Positions 9,236 to 18,976 of a DNA stretch of 64,000 nucleotides are shown here, piece after piece. A program made the translations under genes and the position numbers. Under the pieces are notes generated by a model. That model worked only from the letters and a program-made list of their open reading frames with translations. It was not told where the DNA came from and did not search any database. Origin of the DNA: a virus (taxonomy: Duplodnaviria; Caudoviricetes). How positions within the stretch are numbered: the first letter of the stretch is position 1; each line of letters opens with the position of its first letter. Where the stretch lies: positions 12,777-76,776 of IMG/VR virus record IMGVR_UViG_3300047160_005525; one strand, 5' to 3'.

Positions 9236-9697
9236 ATGCCTGAAGTAAGGAAGATGCGCGAGGGTTTCGTCCAAGGCGACGAGCCCGAGCCTGTTGATGA
9301 AGGCGTTAAGAAACTCGAAGCGCCGGCGACGGAAGAAGCCGATGCCGAGGTGGTGCCGTTCGAAGCTCCAGCGGATGAGTGGCCACTGACGATCAAGCTG
9401 CTGCACAAGCCGTTGCAGATCAAGAAGGGCGAGGAGATCAAGGAACTGACGTTCCGCGAGCCGACGGCGGGCGATCTCATGCGTGCGGGTGGCAATCCAT
9501 GTCGGGTGGAGGTTATCGACGTGGGTGGCGGCATGGTGACGTGGCAGCCGATCATCGATGACATGAAGATGATTCGGTTGATGGCGTCGCTGTGTGGCGT
9601 GCATGAGCCGGTGTTGCAGAGGATGGACACGCGCGATTATTCGTCGTGTTCCCACAAGCTACGCAAATTTTTTCTCCCCGAACAAGGCATTTGGTAG
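9236..9697 (+). CDS. Tail assembly chaperone (Mu gp41-like)
   Basis: ELTFREPTAGDL motif; lies between tube and tape measure genes. Confidence 0.8.
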   Translation: MPEVRKMREGFVQGDEPEPVDEGVKKLEAPATEEADAEVVPFEAPADEWPLTIKLLHKPLQIKKGEEIKELTFREPTAGDLMRAGGNPCRVEVIDVGGGMVTWQPIIDDMKMIRLMASLCGVHEPVLQRMDTRDYSSCSHKLRKFFLPEQGIW

Positions 9698-9890
9698 GGG
9701 TGCATTGTTTGAGGATGTCAACGCCGACGAAGTGATTTTGAACTGCTATCGGCTAGCGGATCGTTTCCATCAAAATCCGGAAGTGTTTCTTGACATGGGG
9801 CTAAGCCGTGTCAATTGGCACATCCATTTTACCATCAAGTTGATTGAGGCGCAGAACAAGGCGCGCGCGGTGCAGAGTGATGAAGATTGA
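9674..9890 (+). CDS. Second tail-chaperone ORF (GT-type frameshift extension or separately initiated)
   Basis: Overlapping frame encodes CYRLADRFHQNPEVFLDM; U6 run at 9668-9673. Start uncertain. Confidence 0.6.
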
Positions 9891-12800
9891 TGCCTGAAAA
9901 TCAAGACCAAGAACTTAAACTTAGCGTGTCGCTTGACGATCAAGCGTCGGCGGAGCTTTCGCGTTTGGAAGCGCAGCTTCGCAGGCTTGGTTCGGCGAGT
10001 GGGCCGGCAGCATCAGGGCTTGGCAGTCTAGGCAAGCAATTAGGCGAGACAGGAGAACACGCAAAGCTATTAGAAGGAAGTTTGACCGGCATGGCGGCGA
10101 AGGCTGGCCTTGTCGGCGGGTTCTTTGCGGGGATTGGGACTGAAGTCGCCAAGATGGGCGCGCAGTTCATTTCGGCGACAACCGATCTCAAAGCCTACTC
10201 TGACGCGATGGTGAAGCTCGATCAGCAGTCGCGCGCAGCCGCGATGAGCATGGGGCAATTTCGTGCCGACGTTGCTGCGTTTCGCGAATCTGGTGTTGGC
10301 GCTGACCAAGCCGGCAAGATGATTCAGGGCTATGCTGATGCCCTGGCCAACTTGCAACAGCAGCACAGCGGCATTCGTCAGCAATTGCTTGCGGGGCAAA
10401 CGGGTGCCTACCGCGAGCGGATGCAAGAGCTATTGCAGACTATTGCGACGTCTGATCGCGAGACTTCTGTCAATGCTATTCGCCAAGCCGGTTTAGCAAT
10501 ACGCGCGGAATGGGAACAGCGCGGGCAAGCGGAGCGAGGCGCGGCGGCGCAGCGCTCATTCTATGCGCGTCTGGGCATGCCTGGCCTGGAAAACGTGACC
10601 ACCGAGTTGCGCAGGATTGGTGCTGAAGAACGTCTGATGGTCGAGCGACGTAAGGTCGATGCCCAACGATATCAGGTTGCACTTGAGCAACAAGTTGATG
10701 CCCGTCAGCGTTCGCTTGAATCGTTACAATCGATTGCATTTCAAATATTGCCGATTGCGAGCACAGCCGAGAAGATTGCGGAATGGACTAAAGAGATTGC
10801 TGATTGGTTTGAGAAATGGGAACGACAGATTCCTCAGAGAATAGAGCGAGCCGAAGCGGCCCCGGCTTCAGGGCGCGCATGGTACGATCCGCGAGCCATA
10901 TGGGACCCGCGCAACGTCGAGCGTGAACGGCGCGCGCGTCCCGAATTGCATGGTGAGGAATGGATACCGCTACCGCAAGCGCGGCCGGGCACTGCGCCAG
11001 GAGCGAGACCTGCGGCAGCAGCGCCATCACCGGAGGCGGAGCTACTGGGACGAACGCCGATAGTCGGCGGCGAGTATACGCGACAGTATTTTATGGGAGG
11101 TGAGCAGCAGCAACCTTATCCTGAGTCGCGGCAGTATTTCATGCAGCCTGGACAGCCGGCTCGTCCTGCAGGCACGCCGGGCAGTCAATTTCCGGGTCCG
11201 GAATCGATGGGTCGCGCGGCTCCAATCTTTACCGACGAGCAATGGGCCAATTGGATTGTCGGCATGATCCCCAGTGTAGGTCCTTTAGTTGGGGCAATAA
11301 AATTGGCGCGGTGGGCTCGCACGGTACCGCAGGAACAGATCACAAGAATGGAGAGGCATCAGCAAGCGCAACACGAGTCCAAACTGAAGCAAGAGGCACT
11401 CGGTCAATATGCTGGCATTCCTCCAATTGGACAAGCTCTAGCTGCCAAGCCTGAAGAAGAAGGTGCTGCTCCTGAGAGTGCTGGAGAGCGCGCCGGCGAA
11501 TTAATCGAACATGGTTTGCATGGTCTAGAATCTGCTGCGGGATTCTCTGGCTTTGATCAGGCTCAGCCGCAACAAAAAGAACACATCGATGCGGTGACTG
11601 AACTCACGACTGAGATGAAGCGGCTTAACGATTATCTGACCAGGGGAATAGGCGCGCCACGTGGCGCGCTTGGTTTTCTTGGGACGCAGATGGGCGGGCT
11701 CGCGCCGGGGCTAGGTGCGGGCACTGGCACAGCGGGCGCGCTCGGCGGGCCGATGGGTGCGTTACCCGGTTTCCCCACGGGTGGTGGAGGCGGCGGCGGA
11801 GGTGGCGGTGGAGGTTTGCCAACAGGTGCTCGACCAACAGGTGCTCCACCGACTGGCGTTCCACCGACCGGTGCTCCACCGACAGGTGCTCCGCCCACGA
11901 TAGGCACGCCGTTTGGCCCGCAAGCAGGAGCATTGACGCGCGGTGCTGCGGTGCCGCCGACTGCTGCAAAGCCCGGCGCTCCTGTTGAGGTGGGCACATT
12001 GAAGGCTCAGGCCAATGGTCGTGTCGATCCCACGCAATTGTATAATTATTTGCGGACCAAGTTCGCCAACTCGTCTCTCAATGGGTTTGTGCCGCCTGAT
12101 GGTGCGAAATTTGGGATCAGAACAGGGTCTCCTGAAGAGTGGGCGACTCTTGGCGTAGCTGTAGCGAAGCAAGAATCTGAGTTTAAGGCAGGAGAAGTTA
12201 ATACTCGTGATAAAGGTGGATCAGTAGGTCTCTTTCAGTTTGGGCAAGGCCAAAAAATATTTACAAAAGGTGGTGACCAACGTGATCCGCAACAGTCTGC
12301 GGATGCATTTGTCAGATCGTTTGAACATTACATTAAAGGTCCTGGTGGTCAGTGGGGCAAAGGCAATATTCATGCGCTTAGCGAGACTTTTGGTTCGATC
12401 AGGCGTCCTTGGGAAACGACTCAACATCTTCCGTTCGCGCGGGACATTGCTGCGAAGGCGGGACCTACTTCAGTCACGGCCGGCTCTCCCACTGAACTCA
12501 AGATCGAGAACGCGCGCGTTAGAGCGAACAGCGGCAACCCTGATCTTTCCGGGATGCTTGATCGCAACGTAACCAAGACTCAGTTGGCTGGAGGTGGTGG
12601 AGGGCTTCCTGCCGATGTTCCAGTCATTGGGCCGCATGCTCCGCATAACCTCTACCAGAAAGCGGGAATGCAGCCGATTACTGACGAAAGTAAATTGGCG
12701 ACAGTCGATACTCCATATGGACCCGTGAAAAGTTATCCACCGGCAGCAAAAGATTTTCTTCATTTCACACAAGCTCTCAAAGCCGCTGGTGCTCCGGTTC

Positions 12801-14212
12801 ATGGGTTTGGCAGCTACAACGTCCGCCCGATGCGGAAAAGCAGCGTATGGTCATCGCACTCATGGGCCGGTGCTTACGACATTGACGACGAGCCAAGTCT
12901 ATCGCCTGCGATGAGGTCGTGGATCAAGACTCATCCGAAGGAGTGGGAGTCGGCTCTTCGTTCGAGCAACATGACTCAGCCATATCCAGGCTGGGATGCG
13001 CCTCACATCGAGTGGGCTGGATTAGACAAAAGGGCGGGTTCTGGAGGGCCGACTGAATCTGAAAAGCTCACGATGCTCAAGACCAAGCCAGCCAAGCCCG
13101 ATATGGCAGTCAAAGAGGCGGCGAAGAAAGCTACTGAAGAAACCAAGGTTGCTGTTGCTGAAAAGAAGCCAGACGCTGAAAGCAAGAGCGCTGCGTCTGC
13201 CGAGGCGCAAGCTGCCGTTAAGAAGGCAGCGACGTTCCATCACAACCGACCGCAAGGCGGCGCGCATGGTGAAAGCCATCCGATGAAGCTGCCTCGTGGT
13301 CATCCGCTGCCCGGTGGTGGAGCGGCAGCAGAATCCAAAGAACCAGAAATACAACCACTTGTGCCTATACCTAAAGGAGGTTGGGACCCTGCAACATTAA
13401 AAAGGGTTGCCGGAAAATGGCATGGTGCTGCTGAAGGTACAGGGAAAGGTTCGGTGTATGGAAGCTATGGCAAGTATGTTGATATCGTTCCAAAGACTGG
13501 CAAGTGGCAGGATGAACCCGGCAGCGCCTCGCTAGGCCAAATGTACGGGATGAAATATTTCCCCGAAAAGAGACAGGGTATCGCGCTTCCTAGTGCGAGA
13601 ACGCTTGGACACATGTTTAGAGTCCATTGGCCAGATGGTAGGACAACTATCGAGCAACATACTGATATCGGTCCAAAGAAAAGTTTGCATAGGCAAGTTG
13701 ATATTTCTGCGGCTGCGGCTACACGGGCGGGCGTTGATGATCCGAAACAATTTCCAACTGATGCACCATTCACAACTGAGGAAGTACCGGAACTTGCTGA
13801 AGAAGGGCGAAGACGCATCAGAGCCGCCATGGCTGAATCCGCGTCTATGACCGACGCGCAGATCGCCGCGCTGCGCACCAAACCGACTCCCGAGGAGGTC
13901 GCTGCGTTGCGTGCTGGCACGACTGGCACGGCAGTCGGATTTGGGGGTGGGGGTGCGCCTGCAAGAAGAAGCCGCATGCCACTCGCGCAGCAAGGAGCAT
14001 TAGCCAGCGCGGCTGACGGAGCCGCGCTCGATCGCCCGCGAAGAATTGATATCAGCAGCAGCGGCAAGCTTTCGGTCGACGTGAAAGCTCCCGAAGGCAC
14101 AAAGGTCGCTGCTGAGGGTAAAGGCGTATTCAAGAAAACTGAAGTCGCGCGACAACATGTGCCTGCTGAGCGCGCCTCGTTCAAAGAACGTTGGCAAGGC
14201 CAGCGAGCTTGA
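9890..14212 (+). CDS. Tape-measure-like protein 1 with lysozyme-like, M15 peptidase-like and DPBB/RlpA-like domains
   Basis: Follows the chaperone; helical N-terminus; QESEF...GLFQF; SSHSWAGAYDID...DAPHIE; HTDIGP...RQVDISAAAA. Confidence 0.8.
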   Translation: MPENQDQELKLSVSLDDQASAELSRLEAQLRRLGSASGPAASGLGSLGKQLGETGEHAKLLEGSLTGMAAKAGLVGGFFAGIGTEVAKMGAQFISATTDLKAYSDAMVKLDQQSRAAAMSMGQFRADVAAFRESGVGADQAGKMIQGYADALANLQQQHSGIRQQLLAGQTGAYRERMQELLQTIATSDRETSVNAIRQAGLAIRAEWEQRGQAERGAAAQRSFYARLGMPGLENVTTELRRIGAEERLMVERRKVDAQRYQVALEQQVDARQRSLESLQSIAFQILPIASTAEKIAEWTKEIADWFEKWERQIPQRIERAEAAPASGRAWYDPRAIWDPRNVERERRARPELHGEEWIPLPQARPGTAPGARPAAAAPSPEAELLGRTPIVGGEYTRQYFMGGEQQQPYPESRQYFMQPGQPARPAGTPGSQFPGPESMGRAAPIFTDEQWANWIVGMIPSVGPLVGAIKLARWARTVPQEQITRMERHQQAQHESKLKQEALGQYAGIPPIGQALAAKPEEEGAAPESAGERAGELIEHGLHGLESAAGFSGFDQAQPQQKEHIDAVTELTTEMKRLNDYLTRGIGAPRGALGFLGTQMGGLAPGLGAGTGTAGALGGPMGALPGFPTGGGGGGGGGGGGLPTGARPTGAPPTGVPPTGAPPTGAPPTIGTPFGPQAGALTRGAAVPPTAAKPGAPVEVGTLKAQANGRVDPTQLYNYLRTKFANSSLNGFVPPDGAKFGIRTGSPEEWATLGVAVAKQESEFKAGEVNTRDKGGSVGLFQFGQGQKIFTKGGDQRDPQQSADAFVRSFEHYIKGPGGQWGKGNIHALSETFGSIRRPWETTQHLPFARDIAAKAGPTSVTAGSPTELKIENARVRANSGNPDLSGMLDRNVTKTQLAGGGGGLPADVPVIGPHAPHNLYQKAGMQPITDESKLATVDTPYGPVKSYPPAAKDFLHFTQALKAAGAPVHGFGSYNVRPMRKSSVWSSHSWAGAYDIDDEPSLSPAMRSWIKTHPKEWESALRSSNMTQPYPGWDAPHIEWAGLDKRAGSGGPTESEKLTMLKTKPAKPDMAVKEAAKKATEETKVAVAEKKPDAESKSAASAEAQAAVKKAATFHHNRPQGGAHGESHPMKLPRGHPLPGGGAAAESKEPEIQPLVPIPKGGWDPATLKRVAGKWHGAAEGTGKGSVYGSYGKYVDIVPKTGKWQDEPGSASLGQMYGMKYFPEKRQGIALPSARTLGHMFRVHWPDGRTTIEQHTDIGPKKSLHRQVDISAAAATRAGVDDPKQFPTDAPFTTEEVPELAEEGRRRIRAAMAESASMTDAQIAALRTKPTPEEVAALRAGTTGTAVGFGGGGAPARRSRMPLAQQGALASAADGAALDRPRRIDISSSGKLSVDVKAPEGTKVAAEGKGVFKKTEVARQHVPAERASFKERWQGQRA

Positions 14213-14218
14213 TTCCAA

Positions 14219-17200
14219 ATGGCCGATCAAGAGCAAGAACTAAAACTAAAAGTGACGCTTGACGATCAGGCGTCGGCGCAACTTGCACGCTTGCAGTCGT
14301 CGCTTGGAAACATTGGTGGAAGCAGCGGGCCTGCAGCGTCGGGTTTGCGCAATCTTGGCAACGAACTAAAGACGGCGGGAGCAGGCGCGAAAGTATTTCA
14401 AGGCAGCCTGACTGAGATGGCGGCGACTGGTGGTTTTGTCGCCGGCTTCTTTGGAGCGATCGGTGTCGAAGTTGCAAAACTGGGGGCGCAATTTGTTTCG
14501 GCTGTCACCGATCTGGAGGCGTACTCCGATGCCATGGTCAAGCTCGACCAGCATGCGCGTGCAGCCGCGACGAGCATGGGCCAATTCCGCGCCAACGTCG
14601 CGGTGTTTCGCGAATCTGGCATCAGTGCGCAACAAGCCACCAGCATGCTTGAGGGATATTCCAATGCCTTAGCAGACTTGCAGCGACAAGACAGCCGTCT
14701 TCGACAGCAACTACTCGCTGGCCAGCGCGGTGAGTACCGGGAGCGTATGCAGCAACTACTGCAGACCATTGCGACGTCGGACCAACAGACCGGCATCAAC
14801 GCGATTCGGCAGGCTGGCCGTTTGATTCGTGAGGAATGGGAGCGACAAGGTCAAAGAGAAAGAGGCGCTGCTGCTGAGCGATCGTTCTTCGCGCGTCTGG
14901 GAATGCAGGGCCTCGAAAATGTGAGCGGCGAGGTACGTACTATCAGCGCCCAAGAGCAGGCGATGTACGACGCGCGCAGAGCCGATGCTCAGCGCTATCA
15001 GAAAGCTCTAGCAGATCAAGCTGATGCTTGGGATCGCTCGGTCAAGTCAGTGCAGTCAATCGCGTTCCAGATTTTGCCGATTGCGACTGCAACCGAAAAG
15101 ATAGCGGGATGGGCAAAGGAATATGCGGATCATCTTGAGCGAGCGGAGAGGGCTAACAGGAGACAGAAGGAAGCAGGCGAGGCAGCGGTAAAGCCGGGGA
15201 TGAACTGGCTCCAGCGCCAGTGGGCGCGATCGAGAGCTATCGCTGCAGAGGAACGAAGACAGCGAGAGACCGGCATAATAGACGTGCCGTTGCCGACTCC
15301 GCGGCCAGGACCTCAGACAGCAGCACAAGAAAATATTGGGCCTCGCGTTCAAGACATGCTGCCGCGTGTTGGCGGGCAATACACACGCGGCGGCGAGGAA
15401 GCCGGTGTGCGTATAGCTGCGCCAGCGGCAGCGCCTGCGCCAGCAGCAGCGCCAGCAGCAGCGCCAGCAGCGGCGGCAATCGCTGAGCAAGCCATTCATC
15501 CAGCAGGAGCAACAGCGCCAACAGCACCAGCGCCACCAACGCATCCCTCCTTACTGGGGCGGATTCGCGAGCGGCTTCATGGATGGTTCTCACACACTGC
15601 TCGTCAGTCTTTCGAGGAAGGTGCTGGTCAGGCTGTGCCGTCTGGCGTCGGCGCGATGCGAGCGATCAGCAGCGAGATTCGCGTCAATGAAAATTGGAAC
15701 AGGATGATCCGCGATCCTGAACTGATCAGGAGGGGTCGGGCTCACATCCTTGATTTACGCAAGCCGGGCGTCACTGGTCCGCCGGTTGGTGGTCAAGTTG
15801 GGTTTGGCGGTGAAAGCGCTCAAGGCGCGTTGGCCGCCAACACGGCCGAACTCAAGCGGCTCAACGATATTTTGACTGGGACCGCAGGCGGTGGCGCGGT
15901 GGGCTTTACGGGTATGGGTGGCGGCGCTCGCGGTGCTGGCCTTTGGGGTGCGGGGACTGGCGGAGTCGGTGCTGGCGGCGGCATGGGTGGCTTACCAGGA
16001 TTTGGCGGCGGTGGCGGAGGTGGAGGCGGAGGTGGAGGTGGTGGTGGCGGAGGAGGTGGAGGTGGAGGTGGAGGTTATCCCACAGGTCCGACAGGCGCTC
16101 CGCCGACTGGACCGGGCGCTCCGCCAGCTGGTCCACCAACAGCCGTTCCGCCTGGTGCTCCGCCAACAGGTGCTCCACCGACTGGGCCGGGAGCGCCAGC
16201 AGCGCCAGCACGACCAGGAGGAGCGGCAGCGGGTGTCGCTGGATTGCCGGGCGGTCCATCTGGACCTGCTGTGGCACCGCCAGCAGCGGCAGCACCATCT
16301 GCGGCTGGCATACCTGGATTACCGGGCGGTCCATCTGGTCCAGCGGTAGCTCCACCAGCAGCGCCAGCGGCGTTGACGCCTTGGGGCGGTGCGGCTGGCA
16401 TACCTGGATTAGCGGGTGGTCCATCTGGGGTTGCGGTAGGACCGCCGGGGGCAGCGCCAGCAGTCAGCGCGGCGGGTATAACTGGACTACCGGGCGGCCC
16501 ATCCGGCGGACCTGCAGCGGCACGTCCGTCAGCGGGACCAGTGCAAGCTGGCGCGGCGGGTATCGCTGGATTACCGGGCGGGCCTTCTGGACCTGCGGTG
16601 CATCGTCCTGCAGCCGCACTGCCTGGGACGGGTCCCGAACAGCGTGCCGGTGGTGGTCCTTTGCCGGGTGGCTCTGGTAGCTCAGCCATTTACCATAAGT
16701 TGCTCGCTGCATACCAAAATTCAAGCGTAGTCGGCACCATCCCTTCCGACGGTGCGAGGTATGGGTTCAAAACGGGTTCGGCACAGGAGTGGGCTCGCTT
16801 TGGGATGATAATTGCGGCTTCCGAATCGGACTATGACCCAAAATCACGAGGTCCAAAGGGAGAGAAGTCTTATGGGATTTTCCAATACGATCACCCGCAA
16901 GTTCCGGGCGGGGATGCAACTAACGTAGATGCATCGGTCAAAGCGTTCGTTCGTGATTCTGAATCTTCGATGAAGACGCATGGCGGTTTTACAGGCAGTG
17001 GTCGAGGTGCACACGCGTCAGGATCAATACTTTACCGAAGGTTCTCGACAATCCAAAGCACGCCTCCTGCGTACCGCGCTCAACAAGCTGACGCAGCAAT
17101 AGCGGCGGCTCAACGTCAAGGAGCGCAACCTCCAAGTGCACTGCCGACAGTGGCACCTCCAGGTGCGCCAATGCCAGCGGCTGCGGCACCGCCGACAGGA

Positions 17201-18265
17201 GTAGCAGCAGCACCGCCGACCGGAGAGCCACGGCTTCCAGGCGCGGGGGTCGGTGCTGTCGTCATGGCGAAAACTGTGCCAGCAGGAGCGCCGCATGCGG
17301 GCGAGCCTGGGCACGGTCAAATGGTGGGGCCGGGACTGCAGGATGTTCTTTCCTATGCCGGTCAGCAATCTGGCGTGCAGGTAGAAGTCTATGCAGGCCG
17401 CGAACGAGGTCATCATAGGCATGAACCAGGGACCTATTTGGGTGGCCCGCTCGGGGCGGCCGATGTTGAACTGCGCGATCCGACTGATGGCCATCTCTTG
17501 ACTGCGACCAATCCGGCCGATCGTGAAAAGATGGCGACTTTCATTACGGCTAGCAGAGCCGCGGGGGCAACCGGGATTGGTCATGCCGGCCCTAGCGAGA
17601 AGGGCGGCAACTACATGGGCAGCAGCGGCATCCACGTCGGCACGGGGCCTGAAGCTGTCTGGGGCAAAAAGGGAAAGACCAAATACGTTCCAGACTGGGT
17701 ATCTAAAGCCTACTACCAAGGAGAAACCCGGCAGGCGCAGGCGCTAGCGCAGCAGGAGCTAGTCAAGATACGTGAGGCGCGCTTGCGACCGCAGCCGATC
17801 CCGCAGCAGCCTACTGCTGTTGCTGCTGTAGCGCCTCAGCCTCCCGCCGCACCGCCGCCTACTGCTGTTGCTGCCGCAGCGCCGCCTCTTGGCGCTGGTA
17901 CCGCAGCGCCCAGTCTCTTTTCTCCTGAATCGCTAGCGACGCAACGTCCGTTGGCAGCGCCAGAAGTGACGACACCTCCACCGGGCAAGATCGCTGGCGG
18001 CACGCCGCTCATTTCTCCTGATGGCAAGCCTCCAGCGCCAGCGGCAGCGCAAGTTGCCGCGTTGGACACTGCCAAGATCGATCGCGCTGCAGCACAGCGT
18101 GTCGAGGTCAACGGTAGTGGCAAACTCTCGGTCGACGTGAAAGCGCCAGCGAAGGAAGTCGCGAAAGAGGACAAAGGGTTATTCAAGAAGACCGAGCTTT
18201 CGCCGCAGAAGTCGATGGAAGCGGCGGCTCCGACGCGTGCAGCGGCGCATGGTGGAGAAGAGTAA
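14219..18265 (+). CDS. Tape-measure-like protein 2 (paralog) with lysozyme-like and peptidase-like domains
   Basis: N-terminal ~300 aa and C-terminal SGKLSVDVKAP motif shared with the preceding gene; ASESDY...GIFQY; HEPG...AADV...GIHV. Confidence 0.78.
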   Translation: MADQEQELKLKVTLDDQASAQLARLQSSLGNIGGSSGPAASGLRNLGNELKTAGAGAKVFQGSLTEMAATGGFVAGFFGAIGVEVAKLGAQFVSAVTDLEAYSDAMVKLDQHARAAATSMGQFRANVAVFRESGISAQQATSMLEGYSNALADLQRQDSRLRQQLLAGQRGEYRERMQQLLQTIATSDQQTGINAIRQAGRLIREEWERQGQRERGAAAERSFFARLGMQGLENVSGEVRTISAQEQAMYDARRADAQRYQKALADQADAWDRSVKSVQSIAFQILPIATATEKIAGWAKEYADHLERAERANRRQKEAGEAAVKPGMNWLQRQWARSRAIAAEERRQRETGIIDVPLPTPRPGPQTAAQENIGPRVQDMLPRVGGQYTRGGEEAGVRIAAPAAAPAPAAAPAAAPAAAAIAEQAIHPAGATAPTAPAPPTHPSLLGRIRERLHGWFSHTARQSFEEGAGQAVPSGVGAMRAISSEIRVNENWNRMIRDPELIRRGRAHILDLRKPGVTGPPVGGQVGFGGESAQGALAANTAELKRLNDILTGTAGGGAVGFTGMGGGARGAGLWGAGTGGVGAGGGMGGLPGFGGGGGGGGGGGGGGGGGGGGGGGGYPTGPTGAPPTGPGAPPAGPPTAVPPGAPPTGAPPTGPGAPAAPARPGGAAAGVAGLPGGPSGPAVAPPAAAAPSAAGIPGLPGGPSGPAVAPPAAPAALTPWGGAAGIPGLAGGPSGVAVGPPGAAPAVSAAGITGLPGGPSGGPAAARPSAGPVQAGAAGIAGLPGGPSGPAVHRPAAALPGTGPEQRAGGGPLPGGSGSSAIYHKLLAAYQNSSVVGTIPSDGARYGFKTGSAQEWARFGMIIAASESDYDPKSRGPKGEKSYGIFQYDHPQVPGGDATNVDASVKAFVRDSESSMKTHGGFTGSGRGAHASGSILYRRFSTIQSTPPAYRAQQADAAIAAAQRQGAQPPSALPTVAPPGAPMPAAAAPPTGVAAAPPTGEPRLPGAGVGAVVMAKTVPAGAPHAGEPGHGQMVGPGLQDVLSYAGQQSGVQVEVYAGRERGHHRHEPGTYLGGPLGAADVELRDPTDGHLLTATNPADREKMATFITASRAAGATGIGHAGPSEKGGNYMGSSGIHVGTGPEAVWGKKGKTKYVPDWVSKAYYQGETRQAQALAQQELVKIREARLRPQPIPQQPTAVAAVAPQPPAAPPPTAVAAAAPPLGAGTAAPSLFSPESLATQRPLAAPEVTTPPPGKIAGGTPLISPDGKPPAPAAAQVAALDTAKIDRAAAQRVEVNGSGKLSVDVKAPAKEVAKEDKGLFKKTELSPQKSMEAAAPTRAAAHGGEE

Positions 18266-18973
18266 TTGGCCCGCGTTACTCAAATAAAGGATGTCAGCTT
18301 TACGCCATGGCGTGACGCGCTTTTGCCCGCGCACTTCGATGGCAATTTGTTTCACGTGGAAAGCGGATCACGACAGTCCGGTCGGCGAATTGTTACCCAT
18401 GAATTTCCGAAGAAGGACCTGCCGTACAGCGAAGACATGGGGCGCATAGCAGTCGAGTGGTCGGTGCGCGGCTATACCATCACCTTTCCCGTGAATACGC
18501 TTGAGCCGCTTTGGTCGCGGGACTATCGCGCCGCGCGCGATCTGCTGCAGCAACGGCTCGACGAAGGTGGACCAGGTACGTTGCAGCTTCCGACCATGTT
18601 GCCGATGACGGTCGTTTGCAAAGGCTATCGGCTGACTGAAGAAGAGCGCTTCGGCGGCTATTGCACCTTCGACATGCAATTCGTCGAGTATGGTGCGCCG
18701 CCATTCCGCATGCGGCCGAAGACCGATGAGCAACTTTACGCGGAAAGTGTGGCGGTGCGTGCGCGCGTGTTGGAGAATCTTGGTAGGTATGGATTATTTC
18801 AGAAATTAGCCATTCGACCGCCGACGCCAAGGCTTAGGCCGCCGGAAGCCGCTCCGCCGGGAGGAGTTCCGCTACCACCGATCGGTCCAGGTAGACCACC
18901 GGGCACTCCGCCGGGAGGAAGCCCTCCCATACCACCGATTGGTCCGGGCGAGCCGCAGCCGCGTCTAAGGTGA
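18266..18973 (+). CDS. DNA circularization protein N-terminal domain (Mu gpN-like), Pro-rich tail
   Basis: WRDALLPAHFDG..FHVE..SRQSGRRIVTHEFPKKDLPYSEDMGR; TTG start. Confidence 0.88.
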   Translation: MARVTQIKDVSFTPWRDALLPAHFDGNLFHVESGSRQSGRRIVTHEFPKKDLPYSEDMGRIAVEWSVRGYTITFPVNTLEPLWSRDYRAARDLLQQRLDEGGPGTLQLPTMLPMTVVCKGYRLTEEERFGGYCTFDMQFVEYGAPPFRMRPKTDEQLYAESVAVRARVLENLGRYGLFQKLAIRPPTPRLRPPEAAPPGGVPLPPIGPGRPPGTPPGGSPPIPPIGPGEPQPRLR

Positions 18974-18976
18974 GCG

